From positions 62,001-103,044 of the forward strand of contig JAPEUD010000081.1 in NCBI GenBank assembly GCA_026026165.1: a stretch of DNA of 41,044 nucleotides. The letters are read 5' to 3'. This document shows positions 9,985 through 22,685 of the stretch, in pieces (the stretch's first letter is position 1; every line of letters begins with the position of its first letter). The notes under the pieces are model-generated. The model searched no databases. It was not told the origin of the DNA and worked only from the letters and a program-made list of their open reading frames with translations. This DNA is from Sarea resinae. Lineage: Eukaryota. Both the position numbers and the translations under genes were made by a program.

Positions 9985-12264
9985 GAAGCGACGGCAGGGA
10001 AAAGTTGTCTTGTTCTTGGTAGGGGTAATCTATTCTCCAGTCCATCTATGACTGTTTCGGAGTTGGCCGGGGTTATCCATCATCATCCTCATCCTCATCC
10101 AAGCCTCTGTCATGAGTGCTTGTCTCTTCTTGTACATTACCGTCACCATCTATCTTATTCAGGCACCATCGTTACGGCGCGCCCGCATATGAGGGACGAT
10201 CTTTGCAGGCGTAGCATGCCAATACAGTAAAGAAATCCAGGAAATAGACAGACGCATCCATTCGTCATAGCATATAGGATTAGAATCAAGATGTATTTCT
10301 GCTGAAGCACTGTAAATTTCCCAGATCCATCACCTCGATCACCGCCATGACAGCAGATGCGTACTGGGCACAAGCTATCCAGCCAGCCAGCCGGACCAAG
10401 ATCAAGGCCCAAGGAGGAAAAAGCAAATGTCGAAAATCTTGATATCCGGCCTCTTGAATCCGCCAAGAAATATATGTGAGCGAGCCACTCACGAGCGGAG
10501 GCGAAGACACGGATGTGCGACAAGGTGCCCGGGCAATTACAAAAACGTGTCGGGTTCTCATTCGGCTTCCAGGTTTACCATCGAGTGTCTCCGTCGCTTC
10601 ACTTGACTACTACCTACTTTGCCTTCTTTCACCTTCGTGCACGCGATAGTTCTCTGGCGATGGATGGGGGAATTGCCGGCGTTTTCACGGGTCGGTGCCG
10701 TGGTTACACGATGAATGTCAGGCGGTCATCACGATAAGATGCAGTGGGCTGTGGGCTGCAGATGTAATGCAGATGCAGAGAGATGCAGAGTCGATGCAAG
10801 GCGAGCCATGGTGATGGATTGGATCCATCTCGGATTGATGGACGGATGTTCCAGCGTCATCGATGCTGCCACATGTCAACGGCATCAACAACGTCGTGCA
10901 CAACAAGTGTTGTTGATGGGATGAGTCAAGACCAGCGATGGCAGCCATGACAGCCATGACAGCGATCACTGCTTAGCGTACCTCATGGCATCCAACACCG
11001 AGCAGGGAGAGAGTGGCCGGGCACGGTAGGGCAGGACAGGGCGGAGCAGATCAGGGCAGAGCAGAATACGATGGCCGTGATGACTGCATCATCATCATCA
11101 TCCTTCCGGCCGTCTTCCAACATGAACCGGCCGGTCTCTGGATGCGATGGACGGGTGCTGTGGTCCTTATCATCTTTACCTACGACCGTGTTTGGAGGGT
11201 TTGGACCGTGCACGGTTGACACGAGATGAGGTGAGCAGTAAGGTATAAGCACTCGGTCCGTATTCAGCTTGATGGGATCCATCCATGGATGGATACGAGA
11301 CGTCCCACGGCGGTAATCCTCTCCCGAACCGTTGGTTGCCAAGTCCGGAAGGGAGAGCAAAGTACGAGCGATGGAGAGCGAGGCGAAGCGCCTTCCCCCG
11401 TCCGCGGCTGAGACCAATGGCGATGCCATATTTATCGCTGAGACGTATGTAGTACTATGAGGAGCCCTCCCTGTCCTGGCTCTGACCCTGAGAATAGCCC
11501 TGTCAAACAGCCGAATAGGCGGACTGACAACAAACGAACGGACAGACAGATGAACAGCATCGCCATCCACTCAGAAGACGGATTCTGAAACGCAAACTCG
11601 CAGAATAGCACCATGACCAAGCCGCGACCGATCCTGTCCGTCTGGCTCGGCAATCAGGCAATGCCTTAGGCTGCCTAAACGGTGCCATCGCCAACGATTA
11701 AGCTCAAGAATAAACTTGGCACCACGGCTCGACGGCCCTCCCAAGGCATCTAGACTCGGTCCTGCCGCGGTCATCCAGATACGAAGAGGCCTTGCTCTAC
11801 CTACTACCCGCCCTTGCGCCATGATCCCACCATTGGGACTTCGCTGGACAGAGAGTGGTGACCCCGTGTTTGAGGCCTACCCTGAGAATTAGCGTCTGAC
11901 ATAGCTCAATGGAGCGCTGCCATGGACCATGGGGGCTCGATTTGACCCCATTGCTGGCCCCAACGTCCAAGCTTGGCATGGCCGCAGAGGAGAGAGGTTT
12001 TGACAATGAAAGCTGGCGCCGGAGCTAGATCCCTGCGCTGATAATGGAAACCCTGGCGGCCGCTGGCGGTGCTGCTTCACTGCCGCGGGTTCGAGTAAAT
12101 TCACCGTCTTGGTGCCAGCTTCAGACCTGAATGGAAATGGAAACAGTTATAAAAGCAATGGAGGCCCGCCATGATGGTCTTTGGATTGGTCCTTTATCGA
12201 TGTTACCGCTGCATCTCTCTGCGCTCGCAGTAAGATTTATATACTAATCTACTAATATTTAAAC

Positions 12265-13329
12265 ATGTTTAACCGAACACTATTTCGCACTCTTCTTCCC
12301 TTGTCTTTCATATATCCATTCACCCTCTCAGCACCGACAAGCAAACGCTCGGTCAATGGGCCCGCCATCAATGCCAATTTCCCGGATCCCTCTATTCTCC
12401 AAGTAGGCAGTACTTGGTACGCTTTTGGCACCAACAGCAATGGCATCAATGTTCAAATTGCCACGTCCGAAGACTTCAAGACTTGGACCGTGCTGAAGGG
12501 CCAGGACGCCTTACCGAAAACTGGCGAATGGTCCAACGGCTACAATGTCTGGGCTCCTGATGTCATCCAGCTAGTATGTTTCATCCTTCCCTCTTTACAC
12601 CAAACTCACTCCCCCATGAATCCAACTTCTTTTTGCTAAACCTCCACTCCCTCACAGTCCGATGATTCTTTTGTCCTCTATTATACTGCGGGTTCTACGC
12701 AGAATCCTGGCCTCCACTGCGTTGGGGCTGCAACTGCCTCCACTCCTACAGGGCCTTACACGCCAGCCTCTGCCTCGCTTGCCTGCCCTCTTTCCCAAGG
12801 TGGTGCTATCGACCCTGCCCCGTTCCGCGACGCCGACGACACCCTGTACGTCGTATACAAAATTGACGGCAACTCCATCGGCCATGGCGGTCTCTGTTCC
12901 AACACTATTGAGCCTATCGTATCCACGCCCCTCATGCTGCAGCCCCTCTCTGCCGATGGCGTCACTCCCAATGGTCCCGCGGTGGAGATCCTCGACCGCG
13001 GAGCCGCGGACGGACCGCTCGTCGAGGCACCGTCGCTGATACGCACCGCATCCGGAAATTACGTCTTGTTCTTCAGCTCATCATGCTTCGCCACAAGCTT
13101 CTATGATGTCAGCTTTGCGGTCTCAACGAACGGTATCTATGGACCTTATGTCAAGTCCAGCTCTCCGCTGCTGTTGACGGGCATGTTTGGCCTGAACGGG
13201 CCGGGAGGCGCCACCGCCTGGACGGATGGGAGTCATTTTGTCTTCCACGCAAACCTGGAGGGGCCAGGGGGGCCGAGAGGAATGTGGACGGGCGAGATTG
13301 ATGTGCAAGGCGCGAACGTTTTCATATAA
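12265..13329 (+). CDS. Secreted glycoside hydrolase family 43 (arabinanase/xylosidase-type five-bladed propeller); exons 12265-12573, 12658-13329
   Basis: Signal peptide, NFPDPS (catalytic Asp), WAPDV, HCVGAATA..P.GPY, GAIDP and LVEAPSL (catalytic Glu). Intron 12574-12657 is GTATGT..GCTAAA..CAG. A TATAAAA-like box lies near 12148. Confidence 0.9.
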
Positions 13330-14460
13330 GGGGCGGAGGGTCAAAATTTCACGATGTCGTGAGGCGTTTATCGGGATTTCTTGCGCTGGTGTTTCTGGAG
13401 TGGGGCATTATATATACCATCTGCATCTGGCTGCGGTGTTCCTCTTCGCGGCAGGCCTTTTTTTCTTCTGATATCTGCTTGCCTCGAGAGTTCCGGCATG
13501 TGTCTTTCCCATATCCATTTACCTCTACATAGACTGTAAGATTGGGCTGTAAGCAAACTTGTCAGTTTGCGATAGAATATTCTTCTAAGCATTGTCCAGG
13601 GTTTTTGTATAAAACATCTGACTTGACTCTTGAGTGACTCTATTATACTCTTTGCTATGATTGCATGGTACTTTAGTACAGGGACAAAAGGGACTAGATC
13701 AGTGCTGAAATGGCCTTACCTAAACGGACGTCTGGGGGCAGCTGAGATGAATTTACTCAGGGCGTTCTCGCGGCACGGAGTAACTTACAGATGAGAGCTG
13801 GTCATCTTACTGCTCACTACTTCAAAGTACATCAATTGTACTTGCCAAGCTGCGTCTGCGAGGCTCGGATGATCGAGGAATGAGTATCTTTCTAGTACTC
13901 GCTCCTTTGCGATACAAAATAGTACTTTGGCGGACAGTCGGTTTCTGCCAACTATATCATAGGACGATTGCCCACGCCACCGGTGGAGGTACCTCGCACA
14001 AAGTACTGTAGTCTTGTGATACCCGTCCTTGCAGAGTTTAACCGTGCGCCTCAAGGTACAGTACTTTCATCGAGGTTCATGATTCCCGTCGCGAAACCTT
14101 GCCAGCTCTCCCTCCCTAAAGTGAATCTGGATAATCACAAACTTCTGCCCCCAACATCACCAACCTCTAATAAACCAATCAGTGGCCTTGCCATCTCCCG
14201 CGAAATGGTCATAGGGATCTCTGTTGGTCTTTGCTTTCTTCTTCGTGTGCGATATTAATTCATTCACCCCGTGAGCGACGTCTTTTTTGTCATTGTATAG
14301 ATTACAGGTGCGTCCATGTTCCAGCTCTGCCGTGTGGACTCAAGGGATGACGAAACCGTACACAGCGCGCATCGAACAATAGCGCACGCGCCTAGTCGGC
14401 ACCTCTCCTCTACTTCAATGCCGACATAGACTTGATTCTGGAATACAACTTATAATAAGC

Positions 14461-17400
14461 ATGGAGGAGGAGTCTGTCTTGCAACAGAAGCCGGTGGAGG
14501 CGTTGGAAGATGCATCAGGGGAGGGCGGGATAGTATCACACCATGAGAGCGACGAAGCATCTCGTGCGGATCCTGAATCTACCACAACACCCACCGTTCA
14601 TCTTGATGCGCCCTCTCCTGAGCCTACGGCTTTGAATGTCCCACAGGAAGCCCACACATTATCGAGTAACGCCAGCTCCGTTTCACTACAACCACAAACG
14701 TGCCATGTAGAGGATATTGAGGACGGAGGTGAGGTTCACGAACAGGGTGGGCCTGGTCCGGATTTGGTTGGAATAGGCCTTGGCCATGCAGAACCTACCG
14801 CACACGGCGAGGCGGAGCCCATCGAGATAGGTGAAGCGCAGGATCTACCCGTTCAATCCTCGAGCAATATAGAAGGAGAGGGGCAAGCCGAGAGCTTTAT
14901 CCACAATAAAACCGATAGCGAATCTGCGAATACCATAGGTGCACAGCCATTACCCGCAGACAGTCTCGGTGTTTCGGGTGAATTGCCAGTCCAAGAGGAT
15001 CTTGTTTCAAAACAAGCTGAGGTCCAACCGACCGGCGAGGCTGCTGAGCCTATCGGAGCAAAGGACGTCCAATCTTTTCCTGAAATAGTGGAAGAAGAAT
15101 CCCACGATATCGGACACTCCAGCCGCATTTCATTTGCCCGAACGGTTTCGCATGATGTGTCTTGGGCAGAGGATGACGAGACGGATCCGGCGTGGAACGT
15201 TTCTCGAAGGGATACCGATCCTTTCAAGGCTCTGGCGTCGGTTGGCCGAACCAACTCTTTCCCCGAGGTTCCACCAGCTCACAATCCTCAAGAGTCGGCG
15301 AGCCACACGTTGCCAAGTTCTCAAGCCGAGAATGTTATCCAAGGAATCGATGGTTGGGAGGACAGCAATGATCTAGGGTTCGGGGATGAAGGAGATTCCT
15401 TCTTCGATGAAAAGCTGAAGACGGACCCCGCTGATGCTTCCTTCTTTGATAGCGGTCCTACAGATGCAAACCCAGGACTGTTCGACGAGTCAAACGGAGG
15501 ACCAGTATCCACGCCACCGCAGGCCGAGTCCAGATTTGAGGAAGGCTTACCTTTGATATCCTCAAGTAGCAAGCCGCAAGGAGAACCCTCAGCTCCATTT
15601 GACAATCAAACGACCCGTCCCGAGCACTACGCGAGCAATCAGAAAGCTGGTGACGAGGACTTCTTTGAGCAGGCAAGGAAAGCGAGCGAAGAGAAAGAGT
15701 CCTCGTTCAGACCCGACACTCTGGATCGGAAATCGACGGCTCAAGTATTAGGCTCCTTGCAATTTGCTCCTCATCATGAAACCCATGACGAAGCTCCACC
15801 AAGCAAAACCCCGCAATCTCGAGCTTCGACGGCCGATCTTTCTGGTGGCGGTCTGGCTGTCTCGACAAGTACAGTCATATCTCAGGTCCTGAACGAACAA
15901 AAGCCTCACGAGGATGCTCCACATATTGCGACAGAGACCGACGATGGCCTGGCAGCTGCGTGGAAGGCTGCATTGGATGATGACGAGTTCCTCGACGAAG
16001 GTGATGATCAAGTGGATCCGGCGTCTTTCTTTCAAGATGATGGCGAAGGCTTTCTTGATGAGAACCAGGACTTTCAGCCCCAAGCTGAGATTCAAAGCCC
16101 ACCCGAGCTCTTATCAACGGCTGGTCCTAATGGCCAAAGTTTCAGAAGAGTAGACGCTGCAGCAGGGGCCGACACTGCACCCAAGACCATGTATACTCCG
16201 TCTAATGTCGCAAGTCAGGCGCAATCTCCAGACCCCTTTACACTCTCAAGATCACAGACTTTTGCGCCGGGCACGCATGCTTCTGGCACGCCTAACATGG
16301 GAAATCCACCCCCACTGCAGTCTACGAATACCTTTGGTCAGCCGTTGCAAAATGCGGCATGGCCCAGTTCATCACAGCAGCAGAGGCCGAGTCTTCCCAG
16401 CAAGGCGCAAAGCTTTGCCGATAAGTCAAAGGGCGGATATCAATCTCCTTATGACCTGCCAATGCCCATTTCTCGGCCAAGAAAGAAAGCAAGCATGCAG
16501 CATCTTCCCATGGCTCAAGTGCACCAGCCTCTGCAGCCACCGCAGCCTCCTCCACCACGAAGTACTAGTCTGTATAGCCATCACACCCCTCAGGCTCAGG
16601 CTGGACCTCCACCACTTCCACATCCCCCGCCAACAGCCACTTCCTCCTCAAGTCTGTCTCCACCGCCTTCCAGTCACTCAATGACTTCTCCCGTCAGCGG
16701 CCTCGGGCCAGGTACCTCCGATGGGAATCGCCCTGCTCTCAGGGCAAAGGCTAGCTCAAGTTCATTCTTCGAAGAGCTGCCTGTTACTGCCAAACCACGA
16801 CACCACCATAGCGGCAGATACACACCACAAATGAGCGCTCCTACCCCACCGCCGTCTCAGGGATTGCAGCCGCACGATAGCCTGGGTCCTCCTCCAATTC
16901 AGCGTCAAATTTCCAGTTCATATCTGCCACCGCCAGAGTCGCAATTACGGCCCCCGGAGCGGATGTCTCCATATGCTGCGCCTCCGCAGTCCAGCTCTAC
17001 TAACCTCTCGGCCAATGTTCCCAGCGGGCCTAGATACTCTCCAGTACCACCTCGGTCTAGTGGTGGTCCGTCTCCAAACAAATATGCGATGCCCCCTACC
17101 AGTACACCTCCTCAATCTCATGCCTTGCCTTTCCAACCGAGAACATCTAGTCCATTAGCGCATCACGGGAGGCCTTTTCAACAGGAGCCATCGTTATACC
17201 AGGGTATCAGAAAGTCAAGTCACGATTCTCACGTATCATCACCTTTGAATGAATTAATTGAGGGGATCAAAGAGGAAGACGGATTGCGGAGGCCGAGCTT
17301 GGAAAACGAAACTCCATTCATACAAGATGGTGGTCAAGCCGTTAATGTGCCTCCTACGAATCGGTATACTTCTGAGAGCATGAACATCGTTTCTCCGCCA

Positions 17401-20400
17401 CGCAAGGCGTCACCCGTCTATGCCACCTCCCCTCCCAAGCGTCCCTCGTCGAATCTACAATATCAGCCCATCACTCCAGTCATCGAACAATCAATCGCAC
17501 CGCTACGCCGGTCTCAGACTCAGTCACCAGGAACTGCTCTTTCAGGGGTCAAGCTTTCCATATCTCCGCAGGATCCGTACCAAAGGCCAGCCACTTCTCA
17601 TGATCCAAAAGCTTCCATATCGTCTGCTGGTACGGCTGGTCCTTACTCACATCGGAGGAACTTTTCTCGGAACTATAATTATATTACCCCGAGCGATGGT
17701 CGGGAGACGGATCCGCTGCAGCGATGGAAAGGATGTCCGATCTTCAATTGGGGCTTTGGAGGTATCGTGGTTACCTCTTTCCCGAAGGATGTACCAAGAT
17801 ACTCTACTGGCCATACGATCCCTCAGGTCCTGCGCAGTCCTGGAGAAATCCAGGTCCAGAAGGTCAAAGACATGTCTCCTCTTGACCAATCCTTTACCAA
17901 ATTTCCTGGGCCCATGAAAGGAAAGGGGAAGAAGAAGGAAGTGATGGCGTGGCTGGATGATAGGATCAGGGAGTTTGAACAGGAGATTGCTACTGTGGAG
18001 TTTGCCAAACGACATCAAGACAAGATTTTGCTTTGGAAAATCATTCGAATTCTCGTTGAACACGATGGTGTCTTGGAGGGAAATCCTTTGGTCACTGATG
18101 CTGTCCGAGCCGTTGTTTCGCCTGATGTTGGCGAATATGAAACTCAGCCTCCAAATGCTATAGGGAGCGATAGCGCCGCCCTGTCCGCAGCTCAAGCGCA
18201 GTCCGACCCGCTGAACCATAGTTCGGTGGAGTCTTTGCGAAGAGACCTTCTCAAGGGCGATCGTGAAAAGGCCATCTGGAACGCCGTTGACAAGCGGTTA
18301 TGGGCGCACGCTTTGCTCATCTCGTCAAGCGTCAGCAAGGATATCTGGAAGCAGGTCGTGCAAGAGTTTGTCCGGCAGGAAGTCAGAAGCTTGGGTGAAA
18401 ACAGCCAACCACTAGCGGCCTTGTACGAGATCTTCGCTGGGAATTGGGAAGAGAGCATTGACGAGCTCGTACCTCCGTCTGCTCGTGCTGGATTTCAGAT
18501 GATCAGCAAAGCGGCGGGCAGTGGATCTACCAAAAACGCGCTTGATGGGCTTGACCGGTGGAGGGATACTCTAGCGCTTGTCATCAGCAATCGCAGTACC
18601 GACGACGGTCAAGGTCTCATGGCCCTCGGAGGACTCCTTGCGAATTATGGCAGGATCGAGGCGGCGCACGTCTGCTTCTTGTTCTCAAAGCCGTATTCGA
18701 GTTTCGGAGGAGCCGACGGTCCCCAAAGTAATATAGTCCTGCTTGGGGCGGACCACGTGAAGCAGCCTTTCGACTTTGGTCGCGATCTGGATTCTCTGCT
18801 GCTGACTGAGATATACGAGTATGCGCTCTCGTTGGGGGCGTCTTCCAGTTCGGCTGCTGCACCACATCTCCAAGCTTACAAGCTGCATCACGCGTTTGTT
18901 CTGGCAGAATGCGGTTACCGCACCGAGGCTCAGCAGTACTGTGATGGTATTGCTGGCGTCTTGAAGTCGACGACGAAACCGTCATCATACTATCATAACC
19001 ACCTCTTTGCTTCCCTCGATGATCTCTCGAAGAGACTCAGTCAATCTCCCAAGGATGGGACGTCCTCGTGGATCTCGAAGCCAAGCATCGAGAAGGTTTC
19101 GGGTAGTGTTTGGGCCAAATTCAACAGCTTCGTGGCAGGCGAGGACAGCGATGGACCGAATGGAGCAGGGAAAGGTGGCGATGATGACGCTGCAGGTCCA
19201 TTCGCGCGCATCGCTGGCGATACGCCTACAATTAGCCGGTCTGCGTCCAATGTAGACTTGTACAGCTCTCAACCTGCGGCGCCCATGGGCAATCCGAGAT
19301 ATGCCCCTTCAGGACAATATGCGCACCGCCCATCCCTGGACCAGCAAATGAAGCCACCATTTGAAGTCCAATCTCCATCTTCGTATGGCCCATCGAGCTC
19401 TTTCATGGGCGCTCCTCTCGATGCTCCTGTTCACACCACCCAGCGAGCCGCTAGCGACTACGGGGGCTATGGATCGGCAACTTCTCCGGCTGGGAGCTAT
19501 GAGCCGCCGTCGCAGCTGTCGCAATATCCGACCATGTCACCTCCCTCGCTGAGCATGCCTCCAACCTCCCAGCCACGCTCCATCCCGGCGAGACAAGACT
19601 CGTACATGCCTACTGCGCCTCTTGAAATGGCGGAGACGCCTCCATACCAGCCCAGTCCTCGCCAAGCAACTCCCCTGGCAGAGAACCCCTACTTTAGTGG
19701 CTACACGCCCCCGAAAGCATCCGCAGAAGCGCAACCTTTACAGCCAACATCTTCAACGTACGGTGCCCCGTCCTACGGAGGGTACGAGCCGCCAGCAGCA
19801 GAGACAACGTATGAGCCGCCGTCTTACGATCCCAATGGAGCAAATGGAGATGCGTCCCCGGTCGAAGAGAGGCCCAAGAAGAAGAGCATCATGGACGATG
19901 ACGACGATGACTTTGCCGCCAAGGCAGCCGAGGTTCTGAAGAAGGACAAGGCACAAAAAGACCGAGAAGCCGACGAGGCTTTTCGAAAGGCCGCCGAAGC
20001 CGATGGTGAGTTTTTTTGTTACTTTTTCGAGTAGATACTAATCCCTCCACCAGCCAAACGCGACACGGCCGCCCAACAAGAGAAGAAATCCTGGTTCGGC
20101 AGCTGGTTCGGCCGCAAATCGTCCGACCCCGGCCAGCAACAACAGCACCAGGGCCCGATCAAAGCCAAGCTCGGCGAGGAGAATTCGTTTTACTACGACC
20201 CGGACCTCAAGAAATGGGTCAACAAGAAAGCGGGCGCCGAGGGCCAAGCCCACGCTCATTCGCCGACGCCGCCGCCTCCTCGGGCTTCGGGTCCGCCGAG
20301 CAGATCCGCCAGCGGACCGCCACTTTCCTCGCGCCCGCCCGGGCTGCTGACGACACAAAGTTCGCCGATGATGGGTAAGGGTCTGGGTGTAGGTATAGGC

Positions 20401-20724
20401 ACGCCTGGCGTTGGCGGAGTGCCGCCTCTGCCCCAAGCCCAATCGTCAGCGGACTCCCTCTCCGCGCCCAGCCCTTCGCTCACCGGCGGCCCACCTGGTG
20501 CAGCAGCCAGCGCAAACGCAAGCGCGAGCGGTTCCCTGGCGCCGCCCACTCCCGCCGCCAGCGGGACGCCTGGACTCGCATCCGGCCCGCCATCGCGGCC
20601 GCCGACGTCGATGAGCAACGCGTCGTCGATTGACGATCTGCTGGGCGCGCCGGCTGCGCGCAAGGGCGGCACCGTGCGCAAGAATAAGCGGCGGGGCAAT
20701 TATGTGGATGTCATGGCTAAGTAG
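14461..20724 (+). CDS. SEC16: COPII coat assembly scaffold Sec16; exons 14461-20005, 20054-20724
   Basis: Long acidic/Pro-rich N-terminus, then DPLQRWKGCPIFNWGFGG, KFPGPMK, LWAHALLIS, WRDTLALVISNRS and HLQAYKLHHA. After intron 20006-20053 it reads SWFGSWFG, IKAKLGEENSFYYDPDLKKWVNK, SIDDLLG and YVDVMAK*. The true start could include upstream exons. Confidence 0.93.
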
Positions 20725-21117
20725 ATGATAGTTTAGTAGTATTGTACTATTCTGGGCTGGAGTAGGGTAGGATAGGGTAGGGTGAAGGGGAGGGGAGGGG
20801 GGTGGAGAGGAAAGGTGCAGAGGTGACAGGTGGGAAATAGGTCGTGTATATTATAGAAGAGGGGCAATGGGGCGGCGGTTCAGATGTGATTGATTCGGCG
20901 GCAGGATTCTTATCATCATAATAATAGGGACATGGGGGATCAAATACATAGTTAGATTCGTGAGTCTGCGGGGCTGCTGTGACTCTAAGAGTCGTAAGAT
21001 TCTGGGTGTTTATAAACCTGTAAGTCCATACGTCCTAGGAGTCATTTGAGTCTGAGAGCATGTGAGTCTGAGAGCGTGAGTGGCCAGGCCTGTGGCTATG
21101 TATGTGCGCTATAGGCT

Positions 21118-21160
21118 CTGTAGGTCCTGTAGGTCCTGTAGGTCCTGTAGGTCCTGTAGG
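21118..21160. repeat. 9-bp tandem repeat (CTGTAGGTC) x ~4.5
   Basis: Directly visible: ctgtaggtcctgtaggtcctgtaggtcctgtaggtcctgtagg. Confidence 0.95.
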
Positions 21161-21394
21161 CGAGAAAATGAAAAAGGAGAAAAAGAAAGGGGAAAGACAA
21201 AGAGAAAAAGAGAAAGGAGAAGAAAAAGAGCAAGAGGGGTGTGTGATCAGGAGCCGTGTGTGCCGTGTGCCGTGTGCCGTGTGATCTTTTCCACTGTCTC
21301 TTCTGTTGTGATTATCTGTTTCTATCCTATCTTTTCTGTTTCTGTTTCGGTTGCTGTTTCTGTTTCTATCCCATCTTTCTCTTCTCTTTGTTGT

Positions 21395-21398
<4 letters not shown>

Positions 21399-21427
<29 letters not shown>
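21399..21427. repeat. (TG)n microsatellite
   Basis: Uninterrupted TG run. Confidence 0.97.
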
Positions 21428-21625
21428 CTGTGTCCGTGTTTGTCTGTCTAGCTGGTCATATGTACATTCCATCCCCCGCGAACAGCGTTGTCACAACTAG
21501 AACAGCAATCATCAGCACTAGCAGTTATCAGCATTAGCGTTATAGCCTCGCCTCCAGGATTTCCGTTACTTTCCAGTTTCCCGCCTTCCACCTCTCTACT
21601 GCCTTCCTGCCTGCCTGTTAGATCA

Positions 21626-21675
21626 GAGAGGAGAGGAGAGGAGAGGAGAGGAGAGGAGAGGAGAGGAGAGGAGAG
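21626..21675. repeat. (GAGAG)n pentanucleotide microsatellite
   Basis: Uninterrupted GAGAG x10. Confidence 0.97.
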
Positions 21676-21899
21676 ATAAGAGGAGGTAAGAAGAGGATTA
21701 GATCAGACTGTCGTCTTCCCTTTTTTGTTTGTTTGTCTCTTAGTTTGTTTGTTTGTTAGATTGGCAGTTAGATGTAGGGTAAGAGAGACAAGGGGTAGTG
21801 ATAATGCAAGGTTATACAAGGTAGTGTCATGTACCTCTAGCAGGATTGTAATCTGAGATTGTTTGTGTAGGTAAGGGTTAAACTTAGTTCAAGATTGTG

Positions 21900-22360
21900 T
21901 AGGTGTACAGACTTATATGTAGGAATTTAGGTGTAGGTGTGTAGGTATAGGTGTGTAGGTGTAGATGTAGATATAAAGATGTATAGATAGAGAGAGAGAG
22001 CTAGAGAGAGTTAGAGAGTAAGAAGGAGTAGGAGAGAAAGAGAGAGCTAAAGAGGAAGAGAGTAAGCTAGAGAGCTGTAGTAAGATAGAGAGATATAGAG
22101 AGATATAGAGAGTGTGAAGAGTGTGAGATAGAGCTAGAGTAAAATAGAGAGAGTAAAATAGAGAGAGAGAGAGAGCTAGAGCAAGTTAGAGAGGAAGAGA
22201 AAACAAGAGAGGAAGATAAAGAAGTAAGGTAAAACCCCTCTAGGGTCTACGACTAAGGTTTTCTATTATACAGTTATAGCACAATTATAGTACAGTATAG
22301 TGCTTTAGCTCTAGCTACGCTTCAGCTTTAGCTTCTCTAATGCTTAGCTTTAGCTATATC
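21900..22360. repeat. Low-complexity purine-rich, TpA-rich tract
   Basis: Degenerate GTAG/GAGA/CTAGAG units with abundant TA and almost no CA in 21961-22200. Confidence 0.85.
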
Positions 22361-22361
22361 C

Positions 22362-22654
22362 TTAGGAGGCAGTGTAAGAACTAATATAATACTGCGTGCG
22401 GGTGCAAAGATAGAGATGTGTGTTAGTCATTTGATTATTTAGTTCCTTAGTGTGTTAGGGGGTTGGGTATGGTTGGGTGGGTTGGGGTTCTACTAGCTTG
22501 CTAGCCAGCTAGAGCGATAGATTGATAGAGTGATAGAGTGATAGAGGAAGGGGGAGGGAGAGGAAGGGGGAGGGCGAGGAAGGGAGGGACGGGCAGGACA
22601 GAGAGGGATTTATTACAAAAGAAGTGAGCGGTTGAGGGAACGTGTGTATGTATG

Positions 22655-22685
<31 letters not shown>

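Noticed and set aside
10983..11570. 195-aa minus-strand ORF in the LYS4-GH43 spacer
   Set aside because: No recognisable domain or codon bias; partly built from simple repeats.
2129..12100. GGTTCGA motifs (e.g. near 2130, 2437, 3730, 12089) as tRNA T-loops
   Set aside because: None continues as GGTTCGANTCC with a cloverleaf or A-box; no tRNA is supported.
13619..13640. TGACTC pair downstream of GH43
   Set aside because: Incomplete Gcn4 consensus, far from a relevant start codon, and expected by chance.
21118..21290. Short direct repeats as a CRISPR-like array
   Set aside because: Units are 7-9 bp and contiguous with no unique spacers, in a eukaryotic context.
21035..21679. ORFs with THTHTH, GPTGPT/GPVGPV collagen-like and RRGEE repeats
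   Set aside because: Translations of microsatellites, not gene-like.
22453..22490. Telomere-like TTAGGG/GGGTT sequence
   Set aside because: Only one TTAGGG and no tandem array; it lies inside a HUS1 intron.
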